Of a DNA stretch of 64,000 nucleotides, positions 63,250 through 64,000 are shown piece by piece. Position numbers and translations under genes: made by a program. The first letter of the stretch is position 1; each line of letters starts with the position of its first letter. The notes below the pieces were generated by a model. The model did no database searches. It worked only from the letters and a program-made list of their open reading frames with translations, and had not been told where the DNA came from. This DNA is from an uncultured Spirochaetota bacterium (GTDB lineage Bacteria; Spirochaetota; Spirochaetia; SZUA-6; Fen-1364), in NCBI GenBank assembly GCA_963781885.1, contig CAWAHW010000004.1, positions 744,800 to 808,799 of the forward strand, read 5' to 3'.

Positions 63250-63365
63250 TTATAACAAATCGTTGGACCAGTCGCCTTAGAATTGGCCTGGATAGACCCT
63301 GCTTTGTCCTAATCGTCGGGGTGGTGCCGGTTGATGCGGCGGCGCTGGTCAACTCTATGTTAGCC
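63250..63365 (+). repeat. attC 14 (type B)
   Basis: TTATAAC...GTTAGCC. Confidence 0.9.
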
Positions 63366-63431
63366 ACAACCAAGAAAGATTTGGCTATAGACAGCACTTG
63401 ACAACTATCCGCCATTGGCGTACTTTTAGAT

Positions 63432-63749
63432 ATGAAGTTCATGGAGACGCCGACATTTACAAAGATCGTCAACCAAAAACTGATTGATGATGAGTATCGG
63501 CTGCTCCAAACAGCACTGGTGCTACGTCCCGAACAAGGGGCACTTATTCCTGGAACGGGTGGTCTCCGCAAACTGAGATGGGCCGGCAAGGGACACGGCA
63601 AATGTGGTGGGTACCGACTTATCTACTATTGGGACAGACCGTCAGACGCTATTTACATGCTATATCTGTATCCGAAAAATGAACAAGAAGACCTCACTGC
63701 CCAGCAGACCAAGATCCTGAGGCAGTTGGTAGAAAGGGAGTTCAAATGA
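63432..63749 (+). CDS. RelE/HigB-type toxin
   Basis: FMETPTF; IPGTGGLRKLRW; GGYRLIYY; YPKNEQEDL; promoter TTGACA-17-TACTTT at 63398-63426. Confidence 0.9.
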   Translation: MKFMETPTFTKIVNQKLIDDEYRLLQTALVLRPEQGALIPGTGGLRKLRWAGKGHGKCGGYRLIYYWDRPSDAIYMLYLYPKNEQEDLTAQQTKILRQLVEREFK

Positions 63750-64000
63750 ACACCATGGATTTCAAGGAGCTTGCACAGAGCATCAAGCAGGCTGGGAAAA
63801 TCAAGCGCGGCAAAGTTAAGCCTTCAAGGGTAACGGTATTCAACTCCGCAGACGTACGGGCAATCCGTGAGAAACTACATAAGTCTCAAAGTGAGTTCGC
63901 CTTAATGATTGGGGTAAGCATTGCCACACTTCAGAACTGGGAACAGGGACGACGCAAACCGGAAGGCCCAGCACAAGCCCTATTGAGGGTGGCTTCTATT
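63746..64000 (+). CDS. HigA-type HTH antitoxin, runs off window end
   Basis: DVRAIREKLHKSQSEFALMIGVSIATLQNWEQGRRKPEGPA. Confidence 0.9.
   Translation, partial: MNTMDFKELAQSIKQAGKIKRGKVKPSRVTVFNSADVRAIREKLHKSQSEFALMIGVSIATLQNWEQGRRKPEGPAQALLRVASI

Larger units (their letters stand above)
47574..64000 (+). mobile_element. integron gene-cassette array (14 attC, no intI in window)
   Basis: About 115-bp imperfect palindromes AAC-AAATCGTTG...AACTCTAT-GTT separating single genes or TA pairs. Confidence 0.93.

Noticed and set aside
47574-63365. CRISPR array interpretation of the recurring repeats
   Set aside because: Repeats are about 115 bp with attC box structure and are separated by gene-sized units; no cas genes seen
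1-64000. tRNA/rRNA genes or attL/attR direct repeats delimiting the ICE
   Set aside because: None recognised by eye; a tRNAscan or repeat search would be needed

Overview
The window is almost entirely mobile or accessory DNA. The sigma-like protein and the attC type suggest a spirochaete host, which is inference. There are four blocks. (1) 1-9.3 kb: a degraded integrative-element arm with a sigma70-like regulator, small HTH genes, a frameshifted tyrosine recombinase and defence-type cargo (KAP P-loop NTPase, DACNV-diadenylate cyclase). (2) 9.4-39.6 kb: a Trb/VirB-type conjugative element. Relaxase, VirD4 and trbBCD lie on +, trbEJLFGI plus an Ig-repeat lipoprotein lie on -, and parAB, two ardC paralogues, an AbiE-type TA module, a DarB-like methylase/helicase and ssb lie between them. 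(3) 39.7-43.4 kb: a satellite-like module (DUF3631 replication protein, Xis-like HTH) bracketed by two inverted CCGCTAC iteron arrays. (4) 44-64 kb: an IS66 and a truncated IS481, then an integron cassette array of 14 attC sites (about 115 bp each) with no intI in the window. The array carries five type II TA pairs, SIR2-like, CoiA-like, GNAT, methyltransferase and hemerythrin genes, two identical IS481 copies and an IS200. The most striking observations: cassette-specific 12-13 bp terminal inverted repeats reaching beyond the 7-bp R boxes; three IS481 ends 8-9 bp outside attC R boxes; one inverted attC; and a duplicated integrase 3' end flanking the KAP NTPase. Many genes carry single-base frameshifts that may be assembly errors. 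All product calls come from motif recognition by eye, with no database searches.
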